A stretch of DNA of 64,000 nucleotides, from contig OY970320.1 in assembly GCA_963716745.1 (NCBI GenBank), positions 2,400,001 to 2,464,000 of the forward strand, written 5' to 3'. The notes under the pieces were generated by a model. That model made no database searches, was not told where the DNA came from, and saw nothing but the letters and a program-made list of their open reading frames with translations. This document shows, piece after piece, positions 52,023-59,817 of the stretch. A program made the position numbers and the translations under genes. The DNA comes from an uncultured Gemmatimonadaceae bacterium. Lineage in GTDB: Bacteria; Gemmatimonadota; Gemmatimonadetes; Gemmatimonadales; Gemmatimonadaceae. Position 1 is the first letter of the stretch. Each line of letters begins with the position of its first letter.

Positions 52023-52394
52023 TTATTGAACGGTAACGACTCCTACCATTCCCTGATGCAGCGTGCACGAGTACGCGAACGTGCCCGCGACGGGGAAAGT
52101 GCGTTGGAACGTGCCGGTCTGCTGGTCGGGCGACGTGCCGTTTCCGTCGGCGAAGGTCACGTTGTGGATGCTGTCGCCGGCCCACGTCCACGTGACCGTC
52201 TCGCCGACCGCGACCACTGCCGCGGCGGGATCGAAGAGGTTGTCGTTAACAGTCACGCCATTGCCGTTGCCCCCGCCGCCACCGCCGCCACCACCGCCGC
52301 CACCGCCGTAGCCCGGATACGTGGGGCCGTACGCCTGACAGGCGACGATCGTTGCCAACGCGAGAACGCGAAAGATCGGGAAACGTGAGCGCAT
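52023..52394 (-). CDS. Plastocyanin/azurin-type cupredoxin lipoprotein with poly-Gly linker
   Basis: Lipobox IVAC; type-1 Cu ligands HNV...C-TL-H-QG-M. Confidence 0.88.
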   Translation of the reverse strand: MRSRFPIFRVLALATIVACQAYGPTYPGYGGGGGGGGGGGGGNGNGVTVNDNLFDPAAAVVAVGETVTWTWAGDSIHNVTFADGNGTSPDQQTGTFQRTFPVAGTFAYSCTLHQGMVGVVTVQ

Positions 52395-52474
52395 GTTCTC
52401 CTCTTCCTTTCCAGGTGCGAATTAGCGGTCCGGGCACGCGGCACACCGAGCGCCGCTCGGGGGCTCCATAAGTA

Positions 52475-52500
52475 GACGCTGGAGGCATACCAAACGTTGC
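52475..52500 (-). promoter_or_regulatory. Putative ECF promoter upstream of cupredoxin
   Basis: Minus strand GCAAC-17 bp-CGTC. Confidence 0.55.
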
Positions 52501-52515
52501 TAGCCCCGGTTCCCC

Positions 52516-53247
52516 CTAGGGCACCAGCACGTGGGCGAGGGCGGTCGAAGCGGTCGCCCCACCCCCCTCCGCGCGCACGAGCGTGCGGGGATCGGCGTCC
52601 AGCCGGTGGAGCGCGCGCAGGGCGAGCGCCTCCAATTCGTTCACGGTCGCGATCGTCCTATACCCCATGCGCTCGCCGCCGGGGATCGCGTTCGCGAAGG
52701 GGGCGGCGTCCGCGCGCCACGGGTGCGCGGCCCGCGCGGCGACGCCCGCGTCCTCGAACGTCGCGTGATGCATGATAAGCGACACCCCCGGCCGCTCGGC
52801 GCGAAGGCCGAGCACCGCCAAGAGCCGCAGCTCGTTCGCGCCACCGGTCAGCTCTCGCGCGCACACGAAGCAGCCGTCCATCGGCTCGTAGGCGGCGTCG
52901 GGTCCCACACGGGCCCACACGCGCTGGTACGGGAGTTGGAGATACGCCGCCGCGGGGGCGGCGAATCGCCAGCCCGCGACCGCGTAGTCTGCCTCGGTGA
53001 GGCGGGCCGTCGCGGCGTCTGAGAGCACGTACAGTCGCGATCCGGTGTCCCAGAAGCGCCAACTCTGCCAGAGGAGTTCGGCGGCCTGGTCGAGCGCGGC
53101 GGAGGGCGCATCGTCGGGCAGCATCTGCTTGAGCGCGGCGCCGGCGTGTGCGAGCAACAGGAAGGCATCGCGATCCGCGCCGTCACCGTGGCGCTGTGCG
53201 TTCTCATCGCGGAGCGCGGGAAAGAAATGGCCGGCGAGCGGCTCCAT
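52516..53247 (-). CDS. Hypothetical protein (frame stays open upstream to a CTG at 53280)
   Basis: 243-aa ORF with host-like codon usage, co-directional with neighbours. Confidence 0.7.
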   Translation of the reverse strand: MEPLAGHFFPALRDENAQRHGDGADRDAFLLLAHAGAALKQMLPDDAPSAALDQAAELLWQSWRFWDTGSRLYVLSDAATARLTEADYAVAGWRFAAPAAAYLQLPYQRVWARVGPDAAYEPMDGCFVCARELTGGANELRLLAVLGLRAERPGVSLIMHHATFEDAGVAARAAHPWRADAAPFANAIPGGERMGYRTIATVNELEALALRALHRLDADPRTLVRAEGGGATASTALAHVLVP

Positions 53248-53276
53248 GAGCAGCTCGTACGGGGTGATGCGGGCGG

Positions 53277-53741
53277 TCAGGGGCGGCCGTCCTCCACGCC
53301 GGCGACCTCGCGCAGGCGGCGGATCAACTCGTGCAGCTGGTGCTCGGTAACGTCGATCTCCTGCGCGGCGCCGTCGAGATCGATGAGGCCGGCGCGCATC
53401 GAGATCGCTACCTGGTTCAAGTAGCGCACCTTGCGCAGGAACTCATCGGTGACGGAGCGGAGCGCGATGAAGCGCCGCTTGTTGGCGGCGGCGCGCTTGT
53501 AGCGCGCGACGAGTTCGTCGCCCGTGAGGCGGCGCGCCTGCGCCACCACCTCATCGCGGCTGCGGCCGGGCAGCACGCCGCGATCGGGGATGCCGGCGTC
53601 CTCCCAATCTTCCTCCGCGTACCAGAGGCGTCCGACGTATTCGATGCCGTCATACGAGATCAGCACCGACACGCCGAACCGCTGGCCGCCGACGCTGATC
53701 GTCGCGATATGGGGCTGCACCGATTCTTCCGAAGGTCGCAT
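53277..53741 (-). CDS. Hypothetical protein (beta-rich N-terminus, helical C-terminus)
   Basis: 154-aa ORF, tightly packed in the operon. Confidence 0.75.
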   Translation of the reverse strand: MRPSEESVQPHIATISVGGQRFGVSVLISYDGIEYVGRLWYAEEDWEDAGIPDRGVLPGRSRDEVVAQARRLTGDELVARYKRAAANKRRFIALRSVTDEFLRKVRYLNQVAISMRAGLIDLDGAAQEIDVTEHQLHELIRRLREVAGVEDGRP

Positions 53742-53744
53742 GCG

Positions 53745-54663
53745 CTATGAACCTATGGTCGCCGGATCGGTCTGCGTGAGGAAGCGTCGGAGCGCCGCGA
53801 AGAGTGCATCAGCGGCTTCAACGTACGGCACGTGGCCACTGCCGTCGAGAACCTCGAGGTGCGCGTGCGGCATCGCCTGCGCGGCGAGGCGGCTCGATTG
53901 CACCGGGATGGGATCGTCGCGCCCGTGCACGATGAGCACGGGACAGCGCACAGTCTTGAGCGCGGCGGTGATGTCGTAATCGTCGAGGCTGTCCCACACC
54001 GACTTCTGCACGCGGCCGGTGACGCGGAACGGCGTGAGTTCGCGCGCGCGCTCCGGATCCGCGAAATAGCCCGCGACGCTGATCTCGAAGAGGCGCTGGC
54101 GGTAGGTCGCGGGATCGCGATCGCGCAGTCCGGTGGCGACCACCTGCGCGCGCAGCTCTTCCACGGCTCCGCCGGCTTGCCGCTCGGCGAGTTCTACTTC
54201 GAAATCCTCGCGCAATTCGCGCGTGACCGGCGCGGGCGCGATGAGCGCGAGGCGGCGCGGTGCGAGCGAGCCCGCGGGGAGCGGCGGATCGTTGCCGCCG
54301 CTCGCGGCGATCGCGTAGAGCATCGCGAGCAGGCCGCCCCACGAATATCCGATGATCGACGGCGCGCCAGGTGTGAGTTCCTGCGCGACGAGCGCGAGGT
54401 CGAGCACCTGCGTGCGCCAGGTGATCAGTCTCCGTGCCGTCGTCCTTCGAGCGCCCGCCGCCGCGCTGATCGTAGAACACGAGCTCGTAGTCGTGCGCGA
54501 GCTCGAGCATCTGCGGCAGCATGTAATCGTGATGCGCGCCGGGTCCGCCGTGGAGCACCAGCAGCTGCGGCGCACCGGGCGGACCGTACTTCGCCCAGTA
54601 AAGCGGGAGCGATGTGGACTTGGTGAAACCGGATTCGCGCGGAGGCGGGATCTCTTTCGGCAC
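53745..54663 (-). CDS. Alpha/beta hydrolase (proline iminopeptidase-like), frameshift ~54430
   Basis: HGGPG, YDQRGGGRS, GYSWGG nucleophile, GRDD, GSGH. Confidence 0.85.
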
Positions 54664-54674
54664 GAGAGTGAAGT

Positions 54675-55577
54675 CTACGACAGGCCGACCGCCACCGCCA
54701 CGGTGTTGCGATGGATCTCCACGGTCTCCGCAATATCGGTGCCGTAGCCGCCGGCGATCGTGATGGCGACCGGGATGCCCACATCGCGGCACGCCTCGAG
54801 CACCATCGCGTCGCGGCGAGCGAGACCAGCGAAGGTGAGGGCGAGCCGGCCGAGCGTGTCGCGCTCGTGCGGATCGGCGCCGGCGAGATAGATCACGAGA
54901 TCGGGGCGGGAGGTGCGCAGGACCTCCGGGAGCGCCGCGGCGAGATGCGCGAGATACGCCTCGTCGCCGGTGCCGTCGGGCAGCTCGATGTCCATCGTGC
55001 CGGCGACGCGCGTGAACGGATAGTTGCGCGCGCCGTGCATGCTGAACGTGGTGACGCGCTCGTCGCCCGCGAAGATGGCGTTCGTGCCGTTGCCTTGATG
55101 CACGTCGAGATCGACCACCGTGGCGCGCGCGATGCGCCCGTCGTGCTGCAGCGCGCGGATCGCGACGGCCACATCGTTGAAGACGCAGAATCCCTCGCCG
55201 TGATCGGGGAACGCGTGGTGCGTGCCGCCCGCGAGATTGATCGCAATGCCGTGCTCGAGTGCCGCGCGCGCGGCGGCGAGCGTTCCGCCGGCGGCGCGAT
55301 GCGAGCGCTCGACCAGCTCCGGCGACCAGGGGAATCCGATGCGTCGCATCGCGGCCGCGTCCAGCGTGCCGGCGTCGAGCGCATCGACGTATGCCGCGTC
55401 GTGCGCGCGCAGCAACTCCTCGCGCGTCGCGCGCGGCGGGTCGAGCAGGTTCTCGGGGGCGATGAGTCCGTCCGCCAACACGCGCGCGCGGAGCAACGCG
55501 TACTTCTCGATCGGGAAGCGATGTCCGGCGGGGAGCGGGATGACGTACGCGGCGGAACTCCACGCGTAGAGGGTCAT
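54675..55577 (-). CDS. Histone deacetylase family protein
   Basis: HRFP..KY, GGTHHA, GFC, DLDVHQGNG, GADP, GGY. Confidence 0.93.
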   Translation of the reverse strand: MTLYAWSSAAYVIPLPAGHRFPIEKYALLRARVLADGLIAPENLLDPPRATREELLRAHDAAYVDALDAGTLDAAAMRRIGFPWSPELVERSHRAAGGTLAAARAALEHGIAINLAGGTHHAFPDHGEGFCVFNDVAVAIRALQHDGRIARATVVDLDVHQGNGTNAIFAGDERVTTFSMHGARNYPFTRVAGTMDIELPDGTGDEAYLAHLAAALPEVLRTSRPDLVIYLAGADPHERDTLGRLALTFAGLARRDAMVLEACRDVGIPVAITIAGGYGTDIAETVEIHRNTVAVAVGLS

Positions 55578-55594
55578 CCCGTTTCCGGCTTTGG

Positions 55595-56944
55595 CTAGCT
55601 GCCGCGCTTGCCGAGCGTGGCGGTGAGCGTGACGCGCTGGCCATCCCGCACCACCACCACCGTGACGACGTCGCCCGGTTTGTGCTTGGCGAGCGCGTCG
55701 GTGTACGCGTAGATGTCCTTCACCGGATCGCCGCCGAATTCCACGATGATGTCGCCCTTCTGCACGCCGGCCTTGTCCGCCGGCGAACCAGGCGTGACGC
55801 CCGCGAGGCGCACCCCGACGACATCCACGGCGCCCATGTCGGGCACGGAGCCGAACCACGCGCCGTTGCCGCCGGGCCCGCGCATCGGCGGAGGGGCCTT
55901 CACGAACGTGAGCCGCGACGGACGGTCGCCGAGTTCGCGCAGGAGCGCGGCGCTGTAGTCGATCACGCGCGCTTCGCCCGCGACGTTGATCTTGCTCGCG
56001 ACGTCGCTCGCGCGATGATAATCCTCGTGCTGGTCGGTGAAGAAGAAGAGCACGGGCACGCCGGCGCCGTAGAAGCTCGACTGGTCCGAGGGACCGTAGC
56101 CATCGCCGATCGCGCTGAGCGCGAATCGTCCGATCGTGGCGTTCACGCTGTCCACGAGCGGCTTGAGTTCGGTGGCGGTCGCGACGCCGTATACGAGCAG
56201 CTTGTCGTTCCGTAGGCGGCCGACCATGTCGTAGTTCATCATGATCTGCATGCTGTCGAGCTTGACGGGCGAGTGCTCCACGAAATACTGCGAGCCGAGC
56301 AAACCCAGTTCCTCTCCCGAGAAGTTCAGCAGCAGGATGCTGCGCTTGGTGGGATGCTTCGCGAAGAGCCGGGCGATCTCCATCACGGCCGCGGTGCCCG
56401 ACGCGTTGTCATCGGCGCCGTGACGGATGGCGGTGCCGGAGTCGGGGTCCATCGAATTGAACGCGTTGCGGCCGAGGTGATCGAAGTGCGCGCCGACCAC
56501 CACATACTCGCTCGCGAGCACCGGATCCGAACCTTTGATGATCGCGACGACGTTCTGCGTGGGGAGCGACGATGGCAGCCCCGCGTGCGCCGCGGCGACG
56601 GACTTCGCGTTGAAGCGCTGCTGATAGTCCGGCGCGCAGAAGAACCCTTCGCTGAATCCCGCCGGACACTGCACGATCCGCTTCAGTTGGTCAGGCGGCA
56701 GTTGCAGCTTGAGCGCCGTGTATTCGCGCGCAATGTATGCCGCGGCGCTGTCATTCCCGGCGGTGCCGGTGCCGCGCCCCTCCAGTGCATCGCTCGCGAG
56801 ATAGGCGATGTCCTTCCTGATCTGAGCGGTGTCCTGCAGCGCCGACCGCGGCGCGGGGGCGATCGACGTGGAGTTGCACGCGCTGAGAGCGACGAGGACC
56901 GTCGCGCCGAACAGTGCGGCGCGCGAGAGGCGGGCGTAGGTCAT
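55595..56944 (-). CDS. M28 aminopeptidase with C-terminal PDZ, lipoprotein
   Basis: LSAC lipobox; GAHFDH, GADDNASG, GEELG, DYH; PDZ with GSPADKAG. Confidence 0.92.
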   Translation of the reverse strand: MTYARLSRAALFGATVLVALSACNSTSIAPAPRSALQDTAQIRKDIAYLASDALEGRGTGTAGNDSAAAYIAREYTALKLQLPPDQLKRIVQCPAGFSEGFFCAPDYQQRFNAKSVAAAHAGLPSSLPTQNVVAIIKGSDPVLASEYVVVGAHFDHLGRNAFNSMDPDSGTAIRHGADDNASGTAAVMEIARLFAKHPTKRSILLLNFSGEELGLLGSQYFVEHSPVKLDSMQIMMNYDMVGRLRNDKLLVYGVATATELKPLVDSVNATIGRFALSAIGDGYGPSDQSSFYGAGVPVLFFFTDQHEDYHRASDVASKINVAGEARVIDYSAALLRELGDRPSRLTFVKAPPPMRGPGGNGAWFGSVPDMGAVDVVGVRLAGVTPGSPADKAGVQKGDIIVEFGGDPVKDIYAYTDALAKHKPGDVVTVVVVRDGQRVTLTATLGKRGS

Positions 56945-56999
56945 GTGTGGAGTGAGGGACGTGGTGACCGGCGTGCGACGGATGGTATGTTATCCGACG

Positions 57000-57587
57000 A
57001 TGCGCGCCATGGCCAGTCGCTGGTTCTCCATTTCGACGCTCAGCCTCGCGCTTATCCCGCGGGCCGTGGCCCTCAATCTCGCGCTCGGTGCGATCGTGAG
57101 CGCGCTCAAGCTGCCGGTCTATCTCGACTCCGTGGGCACCATCCTCGCGGCCGCGCTCGCGGGTCCCATCGCCGGCGCCGTCACCGGCGTGTTGTCGAAC
57201 ACCGTGCTCGGACTCCTCGTGAATCCCGTGCTCCTCGCATTCATCCCGGTCACAATCGTGATCGGCGTGCTCGCGGGGATCGCGGCGCGCGTCGGCGCAT
57301 TCCGGCGTCTCTGGAGCGCGGCGGCGGCGGGCGTGGTGATCGGTGTCGCGGCGGCGCTCGCGAGCGTGCCGATCGTGATCGGACTGTACGGCGGCCTCTC
57401 GCCCACCGGCACCGGCGTCGTGACCATGGTGCTCCGGGCGACCACCGCGATGTCGATGGAGACCGCGGCGAGAGTCTCGAGCGTCGCGACCGACGTGATC
57501 GACAAGCCGATCAGTTGTGTGCTCGTCGCGCTCATCCTCGCTCGGCTTCCCGCGCGCATCACGGCGCGCTTCCGGAACGTGACATGA
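57000..57587 (+). CDS. ECF transporter substrate-specific (S) component
   Basis: LKLPVYLDSVGT..AA.AGP motif; DK in last helix; adjacent T and A genes. Confidence 0.8.
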   Translation: MRAMASRWFSISTLSLALIPRAVALNLALGAIVSALKLPVYLDSVGTILAAALAGPIAGAVTGVLSNTVLGLLVNPVLLAFIPVTIVIGVLAGIAARVGAFRRLWSAAAAGVVIGVAAALASVPIVIGLYGGLSPTGTGVVTMVLRATTAMSMETAARVSSVATDVIDKPISCVLVALILARLPARITARFRNVT

Positions 57588-58321
57588 ACGCGCGCTACGA
57601 CCGGTGGAACCCGCTCACGCCAATGGCGGCCGCGCTGCTGCTCGTCGCGGCGGCGTACACGGGCCCCGCGCCGTGGGCGCCGGCTGTCGTGGTCGCGATC
57701 GGGATCGCGGCGGCGTGGTGGGGCGGTGCGGGGCCGCGCGTGACGACGCTCGCCGCCGCAGTGGCGATTCCGACCTTCGCGCTGCTGGCGCTCACGAACG
57801 GCGTGCTGGCGGCCGAGCATCCGTCCGCCGCGCTCGGCGCGCTGCGCTATGACCCGGCCGGCGTGAGCGACGCGCTCGCGGTGGCGCTGCGATTGGGCGC
57901 GGCGGTGGCGGCGCTCGGCACTTTCGTCGCCGTCGTGGCGCCGCGACGGCTCACGCGCGCGCTCGCAGCGCGCGGTCTCCCGGGGTGGGCGGCGTATCTG
58001 ATCGTCGCATCACTCGAGGCGGCGCCCGAAGCCAAGGCGCGCGCGCGCGAAGTGCTCGACGCACAGCGGTGCCGCGGACTCTCGGCCGGCGGCGGACTCG
58101 CCGGACGCATGCGCTCGCTCGCGCCGCTCGCCGGTCCGCTCGTCGCATCGCTCGTGACCGAGAGCGACGAGCGTGCGCTCGCGCTCAATGCGCGCGGATT
58201 CGAGGCATGGCGGCGGCGAACGGCGCTCAACGCCGTGGCGGATCCCGCGGGAGAACGCGTGCTGCGCGTCGTGATGTGGCTCGCGATCGTCGCGCTGCTC
58301 GCATGGGGCGCGCTGCGATGA
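57584..58321 (+). CDS. ECF transporter transmembrane (T) component
   Basis: AQRCRG and ALNARGF coupling motifs. Confidence 0.85.
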   Translation: MNARYDRWNPLTPMAAALLLVAAAYTGPAPWAPAVVVAIGIAAAWWGGAGPRVTTLAAAVAIPTFALLALTNGVLAAEHPSAALGALRYDPAGVSDALAVALRLGAAVAALGTFVAVVAPRRLTRALAARGLPGWAAYLIVASLEAAPEAKARAREVLDAQRCRGLSAGGGLAGRMRSLAPLAGPLVASLVTESDERALALNARGFEAWRRRTALNAVADPAGERVLRVVMWLAIVALLAWGALR

Positions 58322-59736
58322 GCGGCCTCGTGCTGGACATGCAGCTCGACGAAGTGCGCTATGGCGCGCATGCCGCGTTGCGCGGCATCACGCTCACCGT
58401 GGCGCGCGGCGAGATCGTGGGCATCGCGGGGCATGTGGGGGCGGGCAAGAGCACGCTCGCGCTCGCGGCCGCGGGACTCCTCGAGCGCGCGACGCGCGCG
58501 ACGATCGCGGGCCGCGTGATGCATCCGGCGGGCGGCGAGCCGCCGGCGTGCTTCGTCTTCGCGAATCCGTGGACGCAGCTCACGGAACTCGGCGGCACGG
58601 TGGAAGAGGAGGTCGCCGTGGGTCCGGAGAATCAGGCGCTCGCGCCCGGTACGATCCGCACGCGTGTCGACCGCGCACTCGAACGCGCCAATGGCGGTGC
58701 GCTCGCGCCGCGCATCCCGCGCGAGCTATCAGGTGGAGAATTGCAGCGCGTGGCGCTCGCATCGGCGCTCGCGCTCGATGCGCCGCTCGTCGTGCTCGAT
58801 GAACCCACGGCGCAGCTCGACCCCGAGGCCGCGCGCCGCTTCGTTAACGCAGTGCGCGCGCTCGCGTCGAACGGGCATGGCGTGCTGCTCGTATCGCAGG
58901 ATCTCGCCCTGCTCGCGTCGGCGGCGTCGCGCATCGTGGTGCTCGCGGACGGCGCGATCGTTGCCGCGGGCGACCCGCGCGATCTGCTCACGCGCGAACC
59001 GCCCCTCGACGCGCGGCTGGGATCATTGGAACGTCCAGCCGAGCGCATCGCAACGGAGCGGGGCGCGGGCGATCCCCTGCTTACCATCAGCGGGCTCTCC
59101 GCCGGCTACGGCGGTCGCGATGTGCTGCGCGACCTCACGCTCTCCGTGCCGCGCGGCGTGATCTCGGCGTGGATGGGCGAGAACGGTGCGGGGAAGAGCA
59201 CGCTCGCGCGGGCGATCATGGGGCTCGTGCCGGCGCGGCACGGCCGCATCACGGTGGGCGATGCGGTTCTCAATGCGCTTCCGGTGGAGCAGCGCGCGCG
59301 GCATGTCGGGCTCGTCTTCCAGAATCCGGCGGCGCAACTCTTCGAACGCACCGTGATGGGCGAGGCGCTCTTCGGCCCGCGCGTGCTCGGTATGCCTCGG
59401 GAGGCGGCGCTGGCGGGCGCGCGCGAGGCGCTCGACGCGGTCGGGCTCACGAACGAGATGGAAACGAACCCGTCGGATCTCACGCCGCAGGCGCAGCGGC
59501 GCCTCGCGATCGCCGCGGCGATGGCGGCGCGCCCGCGAATGCTCATCTTGGATGAGCCCACGGCGGGGCAAGATGCGGCGGGGCGGGAGTGGATCGGCCG
59601 GGCGCTCGCGATCCAGCGCGAACGGGGGTCCGCGGCGGTCATCACGCACGACGTCGCATTCGCCCAACGTCATGCCGGGCAAGTTGTTACGCTCGCGCAG
59701 GGCCAGGTGTCGATTATCAGGGATTATCGCGCTTAG
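58318..59736 (+). CDS. ECF transporter fused dual ATPase
   Basis: Two Walker A (GHVGAGKS, GENGAGKS) and two LDEPT motifs. Confidence 0.9.
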   Translation: MSGLVLDMQLDEVRYGAHAALRGITLTVARGEIVGIAGHVGAGKSTLALAAAGLLERATRATIAGRVMHPAGGEPPACFVFANPWTQLTELGGTVEEEVAVGPENQALAPGTIRTRVDRALERANGGALAPRIPRELSGGELQRVALASALALDAPLVVLDEPTAQLDPEAARRFVNAVRALASNGHGVLLVSQDLALLASAASRIVVLADGAIVAAGDPRDLLTREPPLDARLGSLERPAERIATERGAGDPLLTISGLSAGYGGRDVLRDLTLSVPRGVISAWMGENGAGKSTLARAIMGLVPARHGRITVGDAVLNALPVEQRARHVGLVFQNPAAQLFERTVMGEALFGPRVLGMPREAALAGAREALDAVGLTNEMETNPSDLTPQAQRRLAIAAAMAARPRMLILDEPTAGQDAAGREWIGRALAIQRERGSAAVITHDVAFAQRHAGQVVTLAQGQVSIIRDYRA

Positions 59737-59817
59737 CGGGACCACCGCTCAGGCGCGTATGCTTAGTCGTTCGCGCTCCTCGCGCGGACGGCAGCGTGCG
59801 CGCGCCATCGGAACGTC

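Noticed and set aside
2053..52025. AAC...GTT-bounded hairpins as integron attC sites
   Set aside because: The ends do not fit RYYYAAC/GTTRRRY, the flanking genes are housekeeping and often convergent or divergent, and no integrase is present.
52262..52308. GGC/GGT triplet run as a phase-variable repeat
   Set aside because: It is an in-frame, mixed-codon poly-Gly linker of a lipoprotein.
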